Shown piece after piece: positions 60,394-64,000 of a stretch of DNA of 64,000 nt. Location of the stretch: contig NC_092382.1 in NCBI RefSeq assembly GCF_030028105.1, forward strand, positions 99,340,699-99,404,698, in the 5' to 3' direction. The notes under the pieces were generated by a model. That model did not search any database. It was not told where the DNA came from and saw nothing but the letters and a program-made list of their open reading frames with translations. Both the position numbers and the translations under genes were made by a program. Each line of letters begins with the position of its first letter. Positions within the stretch are counted from its first letter, which is position 1. The DNA comes from Mobula birostris (taxonomy: Eukaryota).

Positions 60394-61715
60394 AAAAACC
60401 TCTCTTCCTCACGCCGGGAAGACTGTTACCATCGTACAACATTTTCCGGCAGCAGATGATTGAGAATCGTTGCTCAGTTTCCATCTCGACCGGGGGGGTG
60501 GCATAGAGAACTGATCGAGTGCTGGTGTTGCCCGGACACCGTTAACTATCTCTTCATGCTCGGTGTGACGTGTCCGTCTGCCCGACTTGGGATCAGATAA
60601 CATGAATGTCCTCCGCCTGTGCCGTCCGCCCCACTCCAGACCAATTCTCACGCGGATTCTCCCCTGTTCTTCTCCCTCTCTCCGCCCCACAGTACCCGTC
60701 TCTCCAATAAGCCTGTCTTGTACTGTTCTACCTTTGCTCAAGCATCCAGAACATCTTTCAAGGCATAACCGACATTGCTCTATATTCTGTTGAGATAAGC
60801 ACTCTGAATGCGTCACCGTCCATTTCCGTTGTCGCGTCTCAGTCCTCAGCTCGTTTCCAACAACATCTGCGAGTAGCTTCACCGACACGAAGCGCCATGA
60901 TGCGCGCTGGCAAAAATATTACACAGATGCGGAGGAAAGACAGACACTAATGTCGCGACCGTAAAACTTCATAAGATTTCCAACAGAAGATCACGTGTGA
61001 CAACCGAGTGACACCGCGAGAGATAATTTTCTCAAAACTAGGGCCCCGCGATTAAAATTGATCGGGTGTCTGTTTACGGCACACAGACACCAAGCATTCA
61101 CTTTGTTACCAACGTCTGTATGCGGAATACAACTCTGAGATTTGCCTTCTCCAGATAGACATAAAATACTGAAAAGAAATATTGAAGTATGTGGAAGAAA
61201 GCCAACTGTTCCATCCCCCGGACGATAACAAAAGAAACATATCGAAGCAAATTAAACCCCTACAACACCCCCAGGCACCAAAACTAACAGATCACCTACA
61301 GGGAGAAACAATATGAACGACAAACCCACAAACAGCCAGCGCGCTAATCGGCAACACGAAAGAATGAACGAGAACACAACGAAAAAATAACGGAAAGAGG
61401 CCGAAGTTAACTTCAGGTAGATTAAAATACAGCCCAATCCAGAATCTCTGAGTTGTCAGGGCATCTGAGAGAGCATCGGTATCCAGACAGCGGCGATTCG
61501 AAGCAACAGCCCCTCCAGGTGATTTGACTTGAATGCTTGATCGCGCCGAGAGCAACAAGTCGAACCTAACGGCCTCTCCGAGAACCGATCGCTCTCATCG
61601 ACATATGCCTCCTTCTTTCAATCTTCCTCGGTTCTTCAATCCGCGAGAAACCTGCCGTCCGGTCTCCGAGCTTTTCTGCTAGAGTTTTCTGCGGCACAGG
61701 ATAGCGCTAGCTCAC

Positions 61716-62755
61716 AGTGACTAGTGGGGTACCACAAGGCTCAGTGCTGGGACCCCAGTTGTTTACAATATATATTAATGGCTTGGATGAGGGAATTAAA
61801 TACAGCATCTCCAAGTTTGCGGATGACACGAAGCTGGGCGGCAGTGTTAGCTGTGAGGAAGATGTTAAGAGGATGCAGGGTGACTTGGATAGGTTGGGTG
61901 AGTGGGAAAATTCATGGCAGATGCAATTTAATGTGGATAAACGTGAAGTTATCCACTTCGGTGGCAAAAATATGAAAACAGATGATTAACTGAATGGTGG
62001 ACGATTAGGAAAAGGGGAGGTGCAACGAGACCTGGGTGTCATTATGCACCAGTCATTGAAAGCGGGCATGCAGGTACAGCAGGCGGTGAAAAAGGCGAAT
62101 GGTATGCTGGCATTCATAGCAAGAGGATTCGAGTACAGGAGCAGGGAGGTACTACTGCAGTTGTACAAGGCCTTGGTGAGACCACACCTGGAGTATTGTG
62201 TGCAGTTTTGGTCCCCTAATCTGAGGAAAGGCATCCTTGCCATAGAGGGAGTACCAAGAAGGTTCACCAGATTGATTCCTGGGATGGCAGAACTTTCATA
62301 TGAAGAAAGACTGGATTAACTGGGCTTGTACTCGTTGGAATTTAGAAGATTGAGGGGGGATCTGATTGAAACGTATAAGATCCTAAAGGGATTGGACAGG
62401 CTAGATGCAGGAAGATTGTTCCCGATGTTGGGGAAGTCCAGAACAAGGAGTCACAGTTTTGAGATAAAGGCGAAGCCTTTTAGGACCGAGATTAGGAAAA
62501 ACTTCTTCACACAGAGAGTGGTGAATCTGTGGAATTCTCTGCCACAGGAAACAGTTGAGGCCAGTTCATTGGCTATATTTAAGGGGGAGTTAGATATGGC
62601 CCTTGTGGCTAGGGGGATCAGAGGTTATGGAGGGAAGGCTGGTGCAGGGTTCTGAGTTGGATGATCAGCCATGATCATAATAAATGGCGGTGCAGTCTCG
62701 AAGGGCCGAATGGCCTACTCCTGCACCTATTTTCTACGTGTTCTATGTTTTCTAT
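61716..62755 (+). mobile_element. 5'-truncated CR1 LINE with stops
   Basis: SGVPQGSVLGP, KFADDTK, RPHLEYC and SLEFRRLRGD motifs; 3' UTR and TTCTAT tail ending at 62755. Confidence 0.95.
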
Positions 62756-62863
62756 GAGTTCATCCTGAAGTCCGACAAACTGGAGGCGAATTCGTCGGCA
62801 GTGTATTTCTGCGCCTGGAGTGTTCCTGGCGGCTCAGAGTGACGGGACAGCTGAACGGACACC
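62756..62863 (+). pseudogene. 3' remnant of a CAWS-family V with decayed RSS
   Basis: EFILKSDKLEANSSAVYFCAWSV (62756-62824), then CCTGGCG, 23 bp, ACGGACACC (62825-62863). Confidence 0.85.
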
Positions 62864-63807
62864 TCGCTGTCAAAAGAGTCTGTGCTTTCAGCAAAACAGG
62901 AAATACGACTCTTGTCAATCATCGGGTGGGAGGAGGGTCTATCTGTCTGGCGCTGCGCCGTTGCGGCCAATCGGTGAAATAAGGGGCGGAGGCATTATGC
63001 CGTGGCGTTTAATTTCCTTCCCTTCTTAAAGATTCAGATGGGGGAATATGATCCCCACTGCTCTCCCCAGTTCATCTTTCCTTGACTCTGCAGCCTAGGG
63101 TCGGGGACAGGCGGATAGTTAAGAAACAGGGAGAGACTGGAGAACAGCTGTAGGACACACCCCGCAAACGTCAGAAAACGGCGTCCTTGGAGGGAACAGA
63201 GAGATATTGATGTTCACCAATCACTGAAGATGACAGAATATGAGGGTTTTGGCGGATCTGGGGGTAGGAACAGAAATAGTTTTCTCAGGCGGATTTTCGG
63301 GTGCGCACGGATTTGGAGTTGTCGGTGTATACGGGGTCTTGGCCGATTTGCTGGCGCCTACAGATTTGGAAAATTTGGCGTATGTGAGCGTGCCCGCCGA
63401 TATATGGGAACCTGCTCCATGCAGAACACGGGGTATTTCACGTGGTTTAGCTGCGATCTGGGGGGGTTTAGAATACAGGTTCCAAATCTTTAGTTTGGAG
63501 AGTGAATATGTTCCCGGTGTGCTCCGTATGCCTCCTGCTTTATGAGAGAGGAGGTCTGCGACATGGAACAGACTAACAACGGGAGATGCAAATGGACTAA
63601 AATGTCAGGTGTGGTTTGGAGTGCGGTCGATATATCAGATAGATTCGTGTTTTCAATAAAGAGTTGGTGTATTGTGGCCTATCTTCTCACACCGGATCTC
63701 AAGTATGCCGAAAATCCCAAAACGAAGGAGCATTAAAAATCAGCAAGGAAGAGATATAGGGCGTGCAGAGGGCGACGAAATTGAGCAGAGAGATAGATCG
63801 AATCAGA

Positions 63808-63812
<5 letters not shown>

Positions 63813-63867
<55 letters not shown>
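63813..63867. repeat. (GT)n(GA)n compound microsatellite
   Basis: Direct reading. Confidence 0.95.
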
Positions 63868-63870
<3 letters not shown>

Positions 63871-63929
63871 GGCTGCTTTAATTAGTGGAGCGTAACAACA
63901 CATCCCTGAGATCGGATAGGTTCATGGAA

Positions 63930-63982
63930 GGGGCGTGGCTGATCGCTACTTCCGCAAGTCCACCGACGTCACTGATATCAGT
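63930..63982 (+). promoter_or_regulatory. Probable promoter of a V just beyond the window
   Basis: GC box GGGGCGTGGC (63930-39), ETS ACTTCCG (63948-54), CGACGTCACT (63964-73). Confidence 0.45.
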
Positions 63983-64000
63983 AACAAGTGAGTGACTCGT

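Noticed and set aside
61713-61719. CACAGTG heptamer
   Set aside because: No nonamer at 12 or 23 bp; overlaps the CR1 truncation point.
1-64000. D, J or C segments; 12-RSSs; trypsinogen exons (found among mammalian TRBV)
   Set aside because: No 12-spaced heptamer/nonamer, FGxG J motif, C1-set exon or IVGG/GDSGGP motif seen by eye or in the ORF track.

Overview
Cartilaginous-fish genomic DNA (repeat content suggests a batoid/ray; species not determinable) from the V-segment array of a T-cell receptor locus, best matching TCR beta. No D, J or C exons were found. There are 8 open V segments with 23-type RSSs: minus strand 4729-5514, 11006-11301, 20202-21120 and 43287-43962; plus strand 32181-32690, 51898-52837, 55705-56594 and 58217-59118. 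Seven of these have a recognisable leader exon. There are also at least 6 decayed or partial V pseudogenes (about 35381, 40218, 46435, 48804, 59955, 62756) and 2 orphan leader exons. The rest is CR1, Rex1/Babar, L1, Penelope-like and HERO-like retroelement debris, a solo LTR, microsatellites and 3 assembly gaps. Main points of interest: (i) a CTCF-type motif exactly 39 bp downstream of the RSS nonamer in all three intact members of one V family, decayed in the pseudogene; (ii) an ETS/CRE composite containing the mammalian Vbeta promoter decamer, intact in functional genes and decayed in pseudogenes; (iii) V segments interleaved in both orientations; (iv) non-canonical germline cysteines; (v) two pseudogenes that lost the heptamer but kept the nonamer. 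All calls were made by eye; repeat boundaries are approximate.
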